Below, in pieces: positions 1-10,163 of a DNA stretch of 64,000 nt. Made by a program: the position numbers and the translations under genes. Below the pieces are notes generated by a model that saw nothing but the letters and a program-made list of their open reading frames with translations, was not told the origin of the DNA and searched no databases. Position 1 is the stretch's first letter. Each line of letters starts with the position of its first letter. The stretch spans positions 55,565-119,564 of the forward strand of contig JAEESW010000001.1 in the NCBI GenBank assembly GCA_016290135.1, given 5' to 3'. The stretch is from a bacterium. GTDB lineage: Bacteria > UBP6 > UBA1177.

Positions 1-75
1 GGAGCCTTGTGGCTGGAATGGTAAGCACATATCACCCGCAGGGAAGCGGGGAATACTGCGAGAGGGAAAAGTAAA

Positions 76-444
76 ATGATAACAGAGCTACATCATATTG
101 CGGCAATTGTGAGTTCCGAACGGAGTTTGGAGTTTTATAAGCTACTCGGTTTTAAGGAAACATATAGGAAAGAACGAGAACACGATATACTGGTTTTAAT
201 GAGCGGCTGCGGGATGCAGCTTGAGTTTTTTATTGATCCCTCTCATTCCCGGCCGTCTTCAGAACCTATTGGTCTTCGTCATATCGCTCTCAGAGTTTCA
301 GAAACTTTGGAAGAAGAGATTGAACGCTTGAAAAAGGAGAGCGCTTTAGAGATCGAAGTCGGGCCGATCAGGGAAGACTGGACCGGAGCCAGGTTGTGTT
401 TTGTGAAGGATTATGACGGGATCTCGGTGGAACTGCGTGAGTAA
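76..444 (+). CDS. VOC (glyoxalase/bleomycin-resistance/dioxygenase) family protein
   Basis: 122-aa ORF. 'LHHIAAIV..SLEFYK.LGF' at the N-terminus and 'FVKDYDGISVEL' at the C-terminus are typical of VOC-fold proteins. Confidence 0.7.
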   Translation: MITELHHIAAIVSSERSLEFYKLLGFKETYRKEREHDILVLMSGCGMQLEFFIDPSHSRPSSEPIGLRHIALRVSETLEEEIERLKKESALEIEVGPIREDWTGARLCFVKDYDGISVELRE

Positions 445-464
445 TTAGATAGTAAGAGGGAAAT

Positions 465-1307
465 ATGTTGATTTTTTTGATAGCGCTGATCTCCGTTTTT
501 GCTGTAGTTTTTGCAGTGATGGGCCTCGCTGCCATTATAAAAAAGCCGTCATCAGTGTTTAAGGATAAACCTGAAGAGCAGAATCCCATGCAGGGAAAAA
601 TGGTCGTATTTGTCGAGAATGAAACGGAACCTGAAAACGCAGACGGTGTCAGGGGACACTTGGAAGCTGTCTCGGATAGCAGCCATAAGGCAGGTATATA
701 CGAAGCGGTGTTTAAGAGAGTTCTTGATCTCATTTTAAGTTTTTGCGGACTTGTCGTTCTTTCTCCCGTGTTTGCATTTCTTAGTCTATGGATAATGATC
801 GATGATCCGGGGCCGGTGCTTTTTACGCAGAAGAGGATAGGACGTGACAAACAGTATTTCAAACTCCACAAATTCCGTTCCATGAAAATGAACACGCCCC
901 ATAATGTTCCGACTCACATGCTGGAAAATCCTGAGCAATATATCACAAAGAGCGGTAAATTCATTCGCGCTCACAGCTTGGACGAGCTTCCTCAGATCTG
1001 GGATATCTTCATCGGCAACATGAGTGTCATCGGGCCGCGCCCGGCTCTCTGGAATCAGGATCTGCTGACGTCAGAGAGAGACAAATGGAAAGCTAACGAT
1101 ATTAAACCTGGACTTACCGGATGGGCTCAGATCAACGGCCGTGACGAGTTGGAGATCCCCGTTAAAGCGAGACTTGACGGAGAGTATGTCGAGAAAGAGA
1201 GTTTCTTATTTGACTGCAGATGCTTTATCGGAACCGTGTTCAGTGTCGCCCGCGGTGAAGGTGTGGTCGAAGGCGGAACCGGCGAGATGAAGAAAAAAGA
1301 GAAATAG
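465..1307 (+). CDS. Polyprenyl-phosphate sugar-phosphate transferase (bacterial sugar transferase family, WbaP/PglC-like initiating enzyme)
   Basis: N-terminal TM helix. Motifs 'FKLHKFRSM', 'DELPQIWDIFIGNMSVIGPRP' and 'KPGLTGWAQINGR'. Confidence 0.9.
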   Translation: MLIFLIALISVFAVVFAVMGLAAIIKKPSSVFKDKPEEQNPMQGKMVVFVENETEPENADGVRGHLEAVSDSSHKAGIYEAVFKRVLDLILSFCGLVVLSPVFAFLSLWIMIDDPGPVLFTQKRIGRDKQYFKLHKFRSMKMNTPHNVPTHMLENPEQYITKSGKFIRAHSLDELPQIWDIFIGNMSVIGPRPALWNQDLLTSERDKWKANDIKPGLTGWAQINGRDELEIPVKARLDGEYVEKESFLFDCRCFIGTVFSVARGEGVVEGGTGEMKKKEK

Positions 1308-1313
1308 GTTTTG

Positions 1314-2144
1314 ATGATGAAAAACGTTCTTATAGCCGGAGCAAAAAGTTATATCGGTGAATCTTTTAAAGAATTCTTGTCTCAGTGGCCGGATGAATAC
1401 TCTGTTAACGTGATAGACACACTAGGATTGAAGCCTATCCCCGAAATGTTTAAAGGTGTTGATGCCATTTTCTGTGTCGCAGGGATCGCCCACATAAAAG
1501 AAACGGCAGAAAATCGTCATCTTTATTTCGATGTGAACCGTGATTTGGTTGTGGAGATAGCAAAAACGGCGAAGTTCGCAGGTGTCAAACAGTTCGTTCT
1601 GCTCTCATCAATGTCAGTATACGGACTTGAAGTAGGACGAATAACGAAAGAGACTGAGCCTGCTCCTGTCACAGCATACGGCAAGAGCAAACTGGAGGCA
1701 GACAAAGAGATAAAGAAACTGGAAGATGAAAATTTTGTGTTCACTTGTCTCAGACCTCCGATGGTCTATGGAAAGAACTGCACGGGAAACTATCGTGCGC
1801 TTCGGAAATTCGCTCTCAAGTCTCCGATTTTCCCGAATTATCAGAACCAGCGTTCTATGATTTATATCGGAAATCTTTGCGAATTCGTAAAGTGCTGCAT
1901 TGACGAGAGGCGTTGCGGCTTATTTTTCCCGCAGAATGCTGAATACACAAACACAAGTGAGATGGTGACTGCGATAGCAGAGGCTCACGGTAAAAAGATA
2001 AGGCTGACAAAAATTTTCAACCTGGCGATCAAAATCGCTCCGGTCAATGTGGTTAGAAAAGTGTTCGGCGACTTGGTTTACGAGCCTGTGGACACTGTTG
2101 ATAAATACGGACTTAAGGAAAGTATTAAACTGACAGAGGAATAA
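1314..2144 (+). CDS. NAD-dependent epimerase/dehydratase (extended SDR)
   Basis: 'VLIAGAKSYIG' Rossmann motif and 'YGKSK' YxxxK catalytic motif. ATG 1314 preferred over the track's TTG 1311. Confidence 0.8.
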   Translation: MMKNVLIAGAKSYIGESFKEFLSQWPDEYSVNVIDTLGLKPIPEMFKGVDAIFCVAGIAHIKETAENRHLYFDVNRDLVVEIAKTAKFAGVKQFVLLSSMSVYGLEVGRITKETEPAPVTAYGKSKLEADKEIKKLEDENFVFTCLRPPMVYGKNCTGNYRALRKFALKSPIFPNYQNQRSMIYIGNLCEFVKCCIDERRCGLFFPQNAEYTNTSEMVTAIAEAHGKKIRLTKIFNLAIKIAPVNVVRKVFGDLVYEPVDTVDKYGLKESIKLTEE

Positions 2145-2149
2145 GGCAA

Positions 2150-3310
2150 ATGGAAGGTCTTCGAGCAAGAGTCGATTATGTGCTCAAACACAACACTGCG
2201 ATAAATAAAAGTTTTAAATTTCTTGCAAGCACGGCTGTAAAAGCTATGGGGTTGTTTGTACCGATGGATAATAAGGCGATAATATTCAGTGCGCATTCCA
2301 GAAAGTATAACGACAGTCCCAGAGCAATTTATGAGTACATGATAACACTCCCTGAATTCAAGGATTACACGTTCTATTGGGCGCTTGATGATACAAATGT
2401 TGAGATTCCCGGAAATGCCGTCAAAATTGTTCCAGATACTCCAGAATATTTCAGGACAGCACTCAAATGCAAGTACTGGATCACATGCGTAAACATTGAA
2501 CGCAGCCTGAAGTTTAAAAGAAAAAACTGCGTTTATCTTAACACATGGCACGGGATCCCGATCAAAACGGTCGGAAATATGGCTGAAGGGAGAAAAGATT
2601 ACGATTTTTCCCATATAGATTATTTCTGTGTTTCAGGTGATTATGAGATCGATTTATATGAAAAATCTTTTAATGTCCAGCCTGCTCAGATCATTAAGAC
2701 AGGGCTTCCGAGAAATGATGTCTTATATAAAACGACCAAAGATGAAGTCGAAGAGATCAAGAAAAAATTGGGGCTTCCTCTGGACAAGAAGTTGATACTG
2801 TATGCTCCGACTTGGCGTGACAGCAAAGATGGCGGCAAGTCATACACCATTAAACCTCCTATGGATCTGGCAAAATGGGAAAAAATGCTTGGTGAGAAGT
2901 ATATCCTTCTTTTCAGGACACATCCCTACACTAATAAGTTGCTTGGCGTGGAGTTCAATAGTTTTGTCAGGGATTATGTGAATTACCCGAACATTAATGA
3001 CTTGATGAAGATCTCGGATATCCTTATTTCAGATTACAGCGCAACTATATTTGATTACGCAATTCTTGAACGTCCGATAATCTCATTCGCGTATGACTGT
3101 GACGAATATGGTGAAGAACGCGGTTTCGCTATGGATCCGAGAGCAGAGATGCCGGGTGGGATCGTGAAAACTGAGGATGAAGTGATAGATAGAATTCTCG
3201 GGATGAATTACGAGAAAGAAGTGGCTGCGGTAAAAGCCTTTAAAAATAAGTACCTGACCTATGGCGGACAAGCTACTGAGAAATGTGTGAAAAAAATGTT
3301 CGAAGTATAA
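2150..3310 (+). CDS. CDP-glycerol/polyol-phosphate transferase family protein (TagB/TagF-like)
   Basis: 'NTWHGIPIK', 'LYAPTWRD' and 'SDILISDYSATIFDY' resemble teichoic-acid-type glycerophosphotransferases. Confidence 0.8.
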   Translation: MEGLRARVDYVLKHNTAINKSFKFLASTAVKAMGLFVPMDNKAIIFSAHSRKYNDSPRAIYEYMITLPEFKDYTFYWALDDTNVEIPGNAVKIVPDTPEYFRTALKCKYWITCVNIERSLKFKRKNCVYLNTWHGIPIKTVGNMAEGRKDYDFSHIDYFCVSGDYEIDLYEKSFNVQPAQIIKTGLPRNDVLYKTTKDEVEEIKKKLGLPLDKKLILYAPTWRDSKDGGKSYTIKPPMDLAKWEKMLGEKYILLFRTHPYTNKLLGVEFNSFVRDYVNYPNINDLMKISDILISDYSATIFDYAILERPIISFAYDCDEYGEERGFAMDPRAEMPGGIVKTEDEVIDRILGMNYEKEVAAVKAFKNKYLTYGGQATEKCVKKMFEV

Positions 3311-3353
3311 GGCAGAATATTCTTGAAGTATAGGAAGTCGAGATAGGGGAGAA

Positions 3354-4529
3354 ATGAAAAAAGCTTTAATTATCGGCGGTAGCAATGGCTTGGGGCTTGC
3401 TATCGGTAAATGTCTTGTTGAAAAAGGATATTTTTTGGAGATTTGCGATGTCTGCGCTCCGGAAGAAGGTGTTTTGGATGAGCAGTCTTTTCATTACAGC
3501 AGCTGCGACTTGTTGGATCTTGATGAAGAATTGTTCCGCTCTTTCGCTAACGACAGAGATATTGAAGTTTTGATGCTTACTGCCGGTATCGGTCGTATTG
3601 CAGATTTTCAGTATCATCACACGGCTGAAATCGAAAAAATGTTTAGGATCAACACTCTTAGCACGATCAAGATATTCCGCATTTTTTATGACAGAATAAT
3701 GTCGAAAGATATTTTTTATGCAGGTGTTATAGGATCGATATCAGGTTGGATGTCAACTCCGTCGGCAGCTGTCTATGCCGCAACAAAAGCTGGTGTTATC
3801 CGTTTTGTCGAATCTGTGAATATCGAACTTGAGGCATGCGGCTTTAAAAACCGTATCATTGATGTTTCTCCGGCATCGTTCAAAGGTTCTAAATTCTATG
3901 GAGGGAAAAACGATCTTTCTCTTACTGAACCTTTGGCAAAAGAAGTTTTGGAGCATCTTTTTGATCGTGACACTCGTTTTATTCCGCAATATGAAGAAAC
4001 TTTCAAAGCGGTTCTCGAACGATATCATGCGGATCCTCACGAATATGGTTTGCATAGCTTTGAATACAAGCAGCAATCCGGTCGGAAAGACAACTGTAAA
4101 AGAGTCAAGATCGGCTATCTTTCTGGTACTTTTGATCTCTTTCATGTCGGACATCTGAATTTGCTCCGCAGAGCAAAAAAACAATGCGATTACTTGATCG
4201 TAGGTGTTCACGACAGCGGAAAATGGAAAGGAAAAGAGACTTTTATCCCGTTGGAAGAGCGGAAAGCGATAGTTGCTGCCTGCAAATATGTGGATAAAGT
4301 TGTTGATTCATGCAGGGAAGATTCTGACGCATGGGCTTTGTGGCATTACGACCGCTTGTTTGTAGGTTCTGATTACAAAGGAACTGAGCGTTTCAACCGC
4401 TATGAAGAATATTTCAAAGACAAAGGTGTTGAAATAATCTATTTCCCTTATACGCAAAGCACAAGTAGCACACAGATAAGAAAAGCGGTCATCATGAAGA
4501 CTAAAGACATAAATGCAGAAGAAAAATAA
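3354..4529 (+). CDS. Fusion protein: short-chain dehydrogenase/reductase plus TagD-like cytidylyltransferase
   Basis: N-terminal half has 'ALIIGGSNGLGLAIG' (TGxxxGxG-like) and 'YAATKAG' (YxxxK). C-terminal half has 'GTFDLFHVGHLNLLRRAK' (HxGH) and 'TQSTSSTQIR' (RTxGISTT-like). Its stop shares 1 nt with the next start (TAATG). Confidence 0.8.
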   Translation: MKKALIIGGSNGLGLAIGKCLVEKGYFLEICDVCAPEEGVLDEQSFHYSSCDLLDLDEELFRSFANDRDIEVLMLTAGIGRIADFQYHHTAEIEKMFRINTLSTIKIFRIFYDRIMSKDIFYAGVIGSISGWMSTPSAAVYAATKAGVIRFVESVNIELEACGFKNRIIDVSPASFKGSKFYGGKNDLSLTEPLAKEVLEHLFDRDTRFIPQYEETFKAVLERYHADPHEYGLHSFEYKQQSGRKDNCKRVKIGYLSGTFDLFHVGHLNLLRRAKKQCDYLIVGVHDSGKWKGKETFIPLEERKAIVAACKYVDKVVDSCREDSDAWALWHYDRLFVGSDYKGTERFNRYEEYFKDKGVEIIYFPYTQSTSSTQIRKAVIMKTKDINAEEK

Positions 4530-5701
4530 TGAAAATTCTCTTTTGGATGTTTATTGGTTTTGACAAGCAGGCTACTTCAGAACATCTGCTTTCCGCAGCT
4601 ATCGAGCAGCTTTGCATTGTCGGCCATTCTGTTCACATCATCCAGAAAAATACAGGCGGGCCTCAACCTTTGATCCCTGAAAAACTGAGCAAATATTCTG
4701 TTACAACTGATGCGATACCGTTTCAGGCTGCCGACAAAGGGAACTTGATTGCCCGCTATTTAACTGAACTCAAATATATCAAATCTTGCAAAAAGTATTT
4801 TTCATCAGATTACGATGCTGTCTTTATCCAGTCGACTACTGTCGCCGGTTTTGCGGTAAGAGCGGTTAGAAAAAAAATGCCGAAAACTAAAATAACTTTC
4901 AATGTTCAGGACATTTTTCCTTACAACGCTGTTTTTGGTGGCAAACTCAAGAAGGAGAGCCTTGTTTTCAAGGTACTTGCAGCAGTTCAGAGATACGGTT
5001 GCAACCATGCTGACCATATAATCACGATTTCAGAGGATATGAAAGACACTCTTGTCGCAGACGGAGTGGAGGCTTCAAAGGTCGAAGTAGTATATAACTG
5101 GTCATATCAGGATGAACTTTATGAAAATGTTGATCTGATGCCTGTGTCACACATGTTCAATCAAAACTTTTTCAATGTGGTCTATGCCGGAAACATCGGT
5201 GTGATGCAGAATGTCGATATTCTCATTGAGGCTGCAAAACTGATGAAAGACGACAAATCAGTGTGGTTCCACATTATCGGAAATGGTGTCTACAAAGAAA
5301 AGCTTGAAGCCAAAGCAAGGAAATACGGGATAACAAACATTTCTTTCTGGCCGATGCAGCCGCCGGAACTCGCTCCTGCGATATACAGTGCAGCAGATGT
5401 GAATGTGATCCCGCTTGTGAAAGATGTTTTTAGAACTGCGCTTCCGAGCAAGACCGCGACATGCTTCGCCTGTGGAAAGCCTGTCGTTTTCGCAATAGGC
5501 AAAGAGAGTAAATTCGGACAAAAGGTTATGAATGAAACCGGCTGCCCCGTTGTTGAAAGTGATGATGCAAAAGAACTTGCGGATGCGATCAAAGCTGTAA
5601 AACAGGGCAAGGTTGAATGCAAAACAGCCGAATTTTTTAAGAAAAACATGAGCATTTCGGCAAATAGCCGGAAGTATGCGGAAATAATTATAGGAGATTG
5701 A
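4529..5701 (+). CDS. Glycosyltransferase, GT-B fold (GT4, WcaI-like)
   Basis: 390 aa. 'VVYAGNIGVMQNVDILIEAAKLM' and a C-terminal Rossmann half typical of GT4 enzymes. Lies in the operon. Confidence 0.75.
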   Translation: MKILFWMFIGFDKQATSEHLLSAAIEQLCIVGHSVHIIQKNTGGPQPLIPEKLSKYSVTTDAIPFQAADKGNLIARYLTELKYIKSCKKYFSSDYDAVFIQSTTVAGFAVRAVRKKMPKTKITFNVQDIFPYNAVFGGKLKKESLVFKVLAAVQRYGCNHADHIITISEDMKDTLVADGVEASKVEVVYNWSYQDELYENVDLMPVSHMFNQNFFNVVYAGNIGVMQNVDILIEAAKLMKDDKSVWFHIIGNGVYKEKLEAKARKYGITNISFWPMQPPELAPAIYSAADVNVIPLVKDVFRTALPSKTATCFACGKPVVFAIGKESKFGQKVMNETGCPVVESDDAKELADAIKAVKQGKVECKTAEFFKKNMSISANSRKYAEIIIGD

Positions 5702-5703
5702 TT

Positions 5704-6717
5704 GTGAAGATTCTTGTTATTGATGTTGCAGCTGAGCGTGGAGGCGGTGCTCTGACAGTTCTGAATCAATTCATTGACGAGTTTAAGTCTGATAAAGCGA
5801 ATAGCTATATTGTGGTGGTAAGCAAACTGGATTATGAAGATTGTGACAATGTTCACTTTGTGAAATGCGCGTGGGTCAAGAAGTCGCGTATCCACAGGCT
5901 CTGTTTCGATTTTTTTCATGTTAAGAGACTGGTTAAAGAATATAAGCCGGATAAGATTTTATCCCTGCAAAACAATACCTTCCCAGTGAGAAATATTACT
6001 CAAGAGGTCTATTATCATAATATTCTGCCGCTTGCCGACAGGCGTTTCAGTCTGTTTGAGTCAAGAACAATGTGGCTCTACCAGAATGTGATAGGCAGGA
6101 TCTTTAAATCGAGCTTAAAAAGAGCTTCTCACATTTATGTTCAGGCAAACTGGATAAAAAGGGTGATGTCGGCTAAGTGGAAAATCAAAGAAGAAATTAT
6201 ATCTGTTAAGAGTGCAGAGGTTAATCTGACACTCTTTCAAAATGCAGAACGGCATGATCCGGAATCTCAAACGATCTTGTTTTATCCGGCAAATACGGCT
6301 CTATATAAAAACCATGTCACTTTACTGAAAGCCTGCAATGAGGTGTGGGATAAACTTGAAGATAAAAGCAGGTTGTCTCTCGTTCTGACATGCAGCAGGG
6401 AATCTCTTCCAGCCGAATGCAAAACATTGATAGACAAAGATAAAATAAATATAACTTTTACCGGGCGTTTGACGCCTGAAGAAATGGTGAAATGGTATTC
6501 AAAGTCTGTTTTGGTATTTCCTTCTTTTATTGAAACCGTAGGACTTCCGCTCAAAGAGGCGGCAGCAATGAATTCTACGATTATTGCGGCTGATTGCGAA
6601 TATGCCAGAGAAACTCTTGGCTCTTACAAAAATGTGGAGTATTTTGAACCGTTTGATTGTGTGAAACTGGCAGGGTTGATAAAGAATAAGTTAAGAGAGA
6701 AGAAAATTATTGAATAA
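5704..6717 (+). CDS. Glycosyltransferase, GT-B fold (GT4-like)
   Basis: 'VFPSFIETVGLPLKEAAAMNSTIIAAD' is an E-x7-E-like motif. GTG 5704 lies 7 nt after AGGAG (5692-5696); the track start is TTG 5698. Confidence 0.7.
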   Translation: MKILVIDVAAERGGGALTVLNQFIDEFKSDKANSYIVVVSKLDYEDCDNVHFVKCAWVKKSRIHRLCFDFFHVKRLVKEYKPDKILSLQNNTFPVRNITQEVYYHNILPLADRRFSLFESRTMWLYQNVIGRIFKSSLKRASHIYVQANWIKRVMSAKWKIKEEIISVKSAEVNLTLFQNAERHDPESQTILFYPANTALYKNHVTLLKACNEVWDKLEDKSRLSLVLTCSRESLPAECKTLIDKDKINITFTGRLTPEEMVKWYSKSVLVFPSFIETVGLPLKEAAAMNSTIIAADCEYARETLGSYKNVEYFEPFDCVKLAGLIKNKLREKKIIE

Positions 6718-7885
6718 ATTTGTTTGCTATTTTTTGAATATCCTAATTGTTTTATATGCGATAGCGGATTTTATGAGCAGTGCAAGTGCGGGAAATGCTA
6801 ACACGCAAAGGGGAACTGTATATGCTGCCCTGATTTCAATAATTCTTATTATGATGTTGAAAATACTTCCTTCACACTCTATAAAAATTAATAGCTTTTC
6901 AAAATATTTGTCGATTTTTGTGCTCTACTATTTTTTTAATAAATTTGTTTTGTCGTGGAATGTTGAATGGTTTCATGCGGTCTATTTAGGTCTTTGTATA
7001 TGGTGGATTTTAACAATCCGGTTCTTTAGAGATATGCAGGATAAAGAACCGTCAACTTACCGTTTGTATTCTAAATTTTGTCTTTTTATGTTTTTCTTTT
7101 ATGTGTTTGTGGTTTTATATGGAGCTGTAAATATAGTAGCTAGGTTTTCGAGTATACAATTCGCTAGAGTTGGATATGCTTATCATCTTCTTTCTATTTT
7201 GCCGATGATTCTTCTTAATCAAGACAGAAAATCTAAATTGTTATTTATTTCAATCGGCATGGTTGCAGTTGTAATATCATTGAAACGTGGTGCTATTATA
7301 GCTTTTCCAATAGTGTTATTTGTTTATTTCTATGTCGAGAACTTAACAGGACATGCACATAATAATATAAGAAAAATACTTTTAGCTATGCTTGTTTTTT
7401 TTGTCGTCTGTGTGATATTTGACAACTATTCTGAAGGCTTTCTTAGCAGCAGATTCGAAATGGAAGAAATAAGTGAAGGTTCTGGGAGGGCCGAGGGAAC
7501 AATGGATACCTTAAGAAATATAAGTAAAAGAGACTTGTTACAGTTAACTTTCGGTATCAAAGCTCGATCTGAAGAATCTCTGGGAGGTGGGGCGCATAAT
7601 GAATATTTGAACCGTTTGGAGTCAGTGGGTATAGTTGGTTTTTTACTATATTTGACTTTAATGTTCTCCTTAATTAGGACTTCGGTGGTGTTGATCCATA
7701 AAAAATCGATTTTGGCAGCATCCTTCTCTGCAATGACAATCTATTCTATTGGTATTGGTCTTGTTAGTGGATGGTTATTTATGCATTCTACCTTCTATAT
7801 TATGATGTATATAGGTTTTGTAACTTCTTTGGCGACCAAAGAGGAAAATGAAATTAAGAATATTTTAGTAAAAGAGGTCTGTTAG
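6710..7885 (+). CDS. wzy: Polysaccharide/O-antigen polymerase (Wzy, O-antigen-ligase-like polytopic membrane protein)
   Basis: About 10 hydrophobic helices. A large loop carries 'GGGAHNEYLNRLESVGIVGF', a Wzy_C-like motif. Very low GC. The start codon is uncertain (TTG 6710). Confidence 0.65.
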   Translation: MNKFVCYFLNILIVLYAIADFMSSASAGNANTQRGTVYAALISIILIMMLKILPSHSIKINSFSKYLSIFVLYYFFNKFVLSWNVEWFHAVYLGLCIWWILTIRFFRDMQDKEPSTYRLYSKFCLFMFFFYVFVVLYGAVNIVARFSSIQFARVGYAYHLLSILPMILLNQDRKSKLLFISIGMVAVVISLKRGAIIAFPIVLFVYFYVENLTGHAHNNIRKILLAMLVFFVVCVIFDNYSEGFLSSRFEMEEISEGSGRAEGTMDTLRNISKRDLLQLTFGIKARSEESLGGGAHNEYLNRLESVGIVGFLLYLTLMFSLIRTSVVLIHKKSILAASFSAMTIYSIGIGLVSGWLFMHSTFYIMMYIGFVTSLATKEENEIKNILVKEVC

Positions 7886-7886
7886 C

Positions 7887-8999
7887 GTGAAAATAGGAAT
7901 TTTGACTTTTCATTATGTTGATAATTATGGTGCTGTTCTTCAAACTTATGCATTGTATCGCTATCTGACTTCTCTAGGTTGTACTGTTGAGATCATTGAC
8001 TATAACAATAGTTCTCATCGGAAAAAATCTACAAAAAAGCTCAGTTTGATAAGGACCGCGATTTGGAGCAACATTCGTAAGCTGATATTTGGGACGAAAA
8101 AGCATGAAGGGTTTGAGTTGTTTCGTATAAATAAGCTTAATATATCGAGTCAGAAACAGATAAATACAAAATTAGAGATGATAGATTTTCTGAAAGATGG
8201 TAAGTTTGACTATATTTTTGTTGGCAGTGATCAGGTGTGGAATCCTAAAATTACAGGTGCTGATTCCTCTTATCTTTTGGATATAGACAATTTGCCTATT
8301 CAAAGAGTAGCTTATGCTGCAAGCATCGGCAAATCATCTGTTGATAATGAATGGCTTAAAAGATTAGTAGAACAAATCAAAGGATATAAAGCTGTGTCGG
8401 TGAGAGAAAAAACAGCTGTAAATGTGATAAAAATGGCTGGATACGACAGAAAAATTTCGGTCGTTGCAGATCCTGTTTTTTTGCTTGACAGTACTTTGTG
8501 GAGCGAGGTCGCTGCCCAAGACGATATCCCATCTAATTATATATTGTGCTATATAATGCCTGGTGACAATTTGATTGAGACAAATATAGAACAAACTGCA
8601 AAATTGATGAGTAAAGAACATGGGCTTAAATTGGTGTTCTTGGGAAGGAGGGAATATAAATATTTTAAAAAAGATGGCGAAGATTATATATATGCATCGC
8701 CTGAATTGTTTCTTGAGCTTTTTAAAAATGCAGGCATGATATTGACCAACTCGTTTCACGGCACAGCGTTTTCAATTATTTTTCAAAAAAATTTTTATTC
8801 ATTCGTAAATACAAATTTGTCGCCAGAACGTCAACTTGGTTCAAGAATAATTGATTTGTTGGAGATATGCGGGTTAAGTTCTAGGTGCTCTAATTCAATT
8901 GTTCACGAATTTTCTTCTATAGATTATGAGATTGTGAATAACTGTGTTCGTGGTTTTGTAGACAAAAGCGAAAAGTTTATATCGGAAAGTTTATTATAA
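7887..8999 (+). CDS. Polysaccharide pyruvyl transferase family protein
   Basis: 'MKIGILTFHYVDNYGAVLQTYAL', 'GSDQVWNP' and 'TNSFHGTAFSIIF' are motifs shared with WcaK/CsaB-type pyruvyl transferases. Confidence 0.8.
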   Translation: MKIGILTFHYVDNYGAVLQTYALYRYLTSLGCTVEIIDYNNSSHRKKSTKKLSLIRTAIWSNIRKLIFGTKKHEGFELFRINKLNISSQKQINTKLEMIDFLKDGKFDYIFVGSDQVWNPKITGADSSYLLDIDNLPIQRVAYAASIGKSSVDNEWLKRLVEQIKGYKAVSVREKTAVNVIKMAGYDRKISVVADPVFLLDSTLWSEVAAQDDIPSNYILCYIMPGDNLIETNIEQTAKLMSKEHGLKLVFLGRREYKYFKKDGEDYIYASPELFLELFKNAGMILTNSFHGTAFSIIFQKNFYSFVNTNLSPERQLGSRIIDLLEICGLSSRCSNSIVHEFSSIDYEIVNNCVRGFVDKSEKFISESLL

Positions 9000-9017
9000 T
9001 TTGTTGAGGAGGGTGAA

Positions 9018-10163
9018 ATGCATTTCCTGAGTTGTGCCGGAGAACTGAATCATCATGGAAGATTTATGTGTGACGCTATGCATGCACTGTTAGGAAACAA
9101 TTATAGGAGGATTACGACAAGTTTTGTAAATAAAACAAGAAAAAATCTGGGATTCCATGATGAACAGTTGAGTTATAGCATTGATGGAAGTCTTTTTAAT
9201 AAAGAACAAATCGTAAATTGGATAAAATGGGCAGATGTTGTTGATTTCGGTTCTGCTCCCGAAATTTTTTTACATGAAGCTGTAAGACAGAATAAAGTTG
9301 TTTTTATCAGAATGGAAAGAATATTGAAAGAGGGTGTCTGGAAGTTGTTTGTTCCATCTGTTTTTGCGCGTTATCATAGAAAATACATACAATATCGTAA
9401 TAATAAAAATGTTTATTTTTTGTGTGTGAGTGCATATGCAGCCGGTGATTTGAAAAAAATATTTGTCAGAGGAGACAGGGTTTTACAATGGGCTTATTGT
9501 CCTGAGTTTGTAAACTATGATAATGTAATGACTATTTTCAAGTCGGATAATAGCGAAAAAAAGCCTTTGCATATTTTTTGGTGTGGAAGATTAATTCCGT
9601 TGAAGCACCCAGAGGTACCTGTTTGTATAGCGGAAAAACTTAAGTTCAAAGGGATTGAATTCCATATGGAGTTGGCCGGTGCCGGAGAATTATTTGCTAG
9701 TCTTCAAAGAATGATTAAGGAAAAAAACTTGGAGCAGCAAGTTTCTTTGATAGGGGCTGTAATTGCCGATAAAATGCGATCTAAAATGATGGAGAATGAT
9801 ATATTTATAGCATCTTCCGATTATCATGAAGGATGGGGGGTAGTTATAAATGAAGCGATGAATAGTGGATGTGCTGTTGTGGCATCAAGAGAAATGGGAT
9901 CTGTTCCTGTTCTTATCGAAGATGGGGTAAATGGTTATTCTTTTTGTTGGAAAGATATTGATGCGGCTGTAGGAATTATAGAAAATCTTGCCAAAGATAG
10001 ACAGAAACTCGCAAAAATAAAGATGGCTGCTTATCAAACAATTAAAACACGGTTTAGTCCAGAGGTGTATGCAAATGTATTTGTGCAGATTGCGCAAGAT
10101 GCTATAGAACATCATGCCTTGAAAATAGAAAGTGGTTTGGGAGCACCTGCCATCATAAGATAG
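9018..10163 (+). CDS. Glycosyltransferase family 4 (GT-B)
   Basis: 'SSDYHEGWGVVINEAMNSGCAVVAS' (E-x7-E) and 'FWCGRLIPLKHPE'. Confidence 0.75.
   Translation: MHFLSCAGELNHHGRFMCDAMHALLGNNYRRITTSFVNKTRKNLGFHDEQLSYSIDGSLFNKEQIVNWIKWADVVDFGSAPEIFLHEAVRQNKVVFIRMERILKEGVWKLFVPSVFARYHRKYIQYRNNKNVYFLCVSAYAAGDLKKIFVRGDRVLQWAYCPEFVNYDNVMTIFKSDNSEKKPLHIFWCGRLIPLKHPEVPVCIAEKLKFKGIEFHMELAGAGELFASLQRMIKEKNLEQQVSLIGAVIADKMRSKMMENDIFIASSDYHEGWGVVINEAMNSGCAVVASREMGSVPVLIEDGVNGYSFCWKDIDAAVGIIENLAKDRQKLAKIKMAAYQTIKTRFSPEVYANVFVQIAQDAIEHHALKIESGLGAPAIIR

Noticed and set aside
1-75. The G-rich leader at the window start (GGAGCCTTGTGGCTGG...GGGAAGCGGGG...) might be a riboswitch or the end of an upstream gene.
   Set aside because: It is truncated by the window edge, so there is too little sequence to call any structure or ORF.
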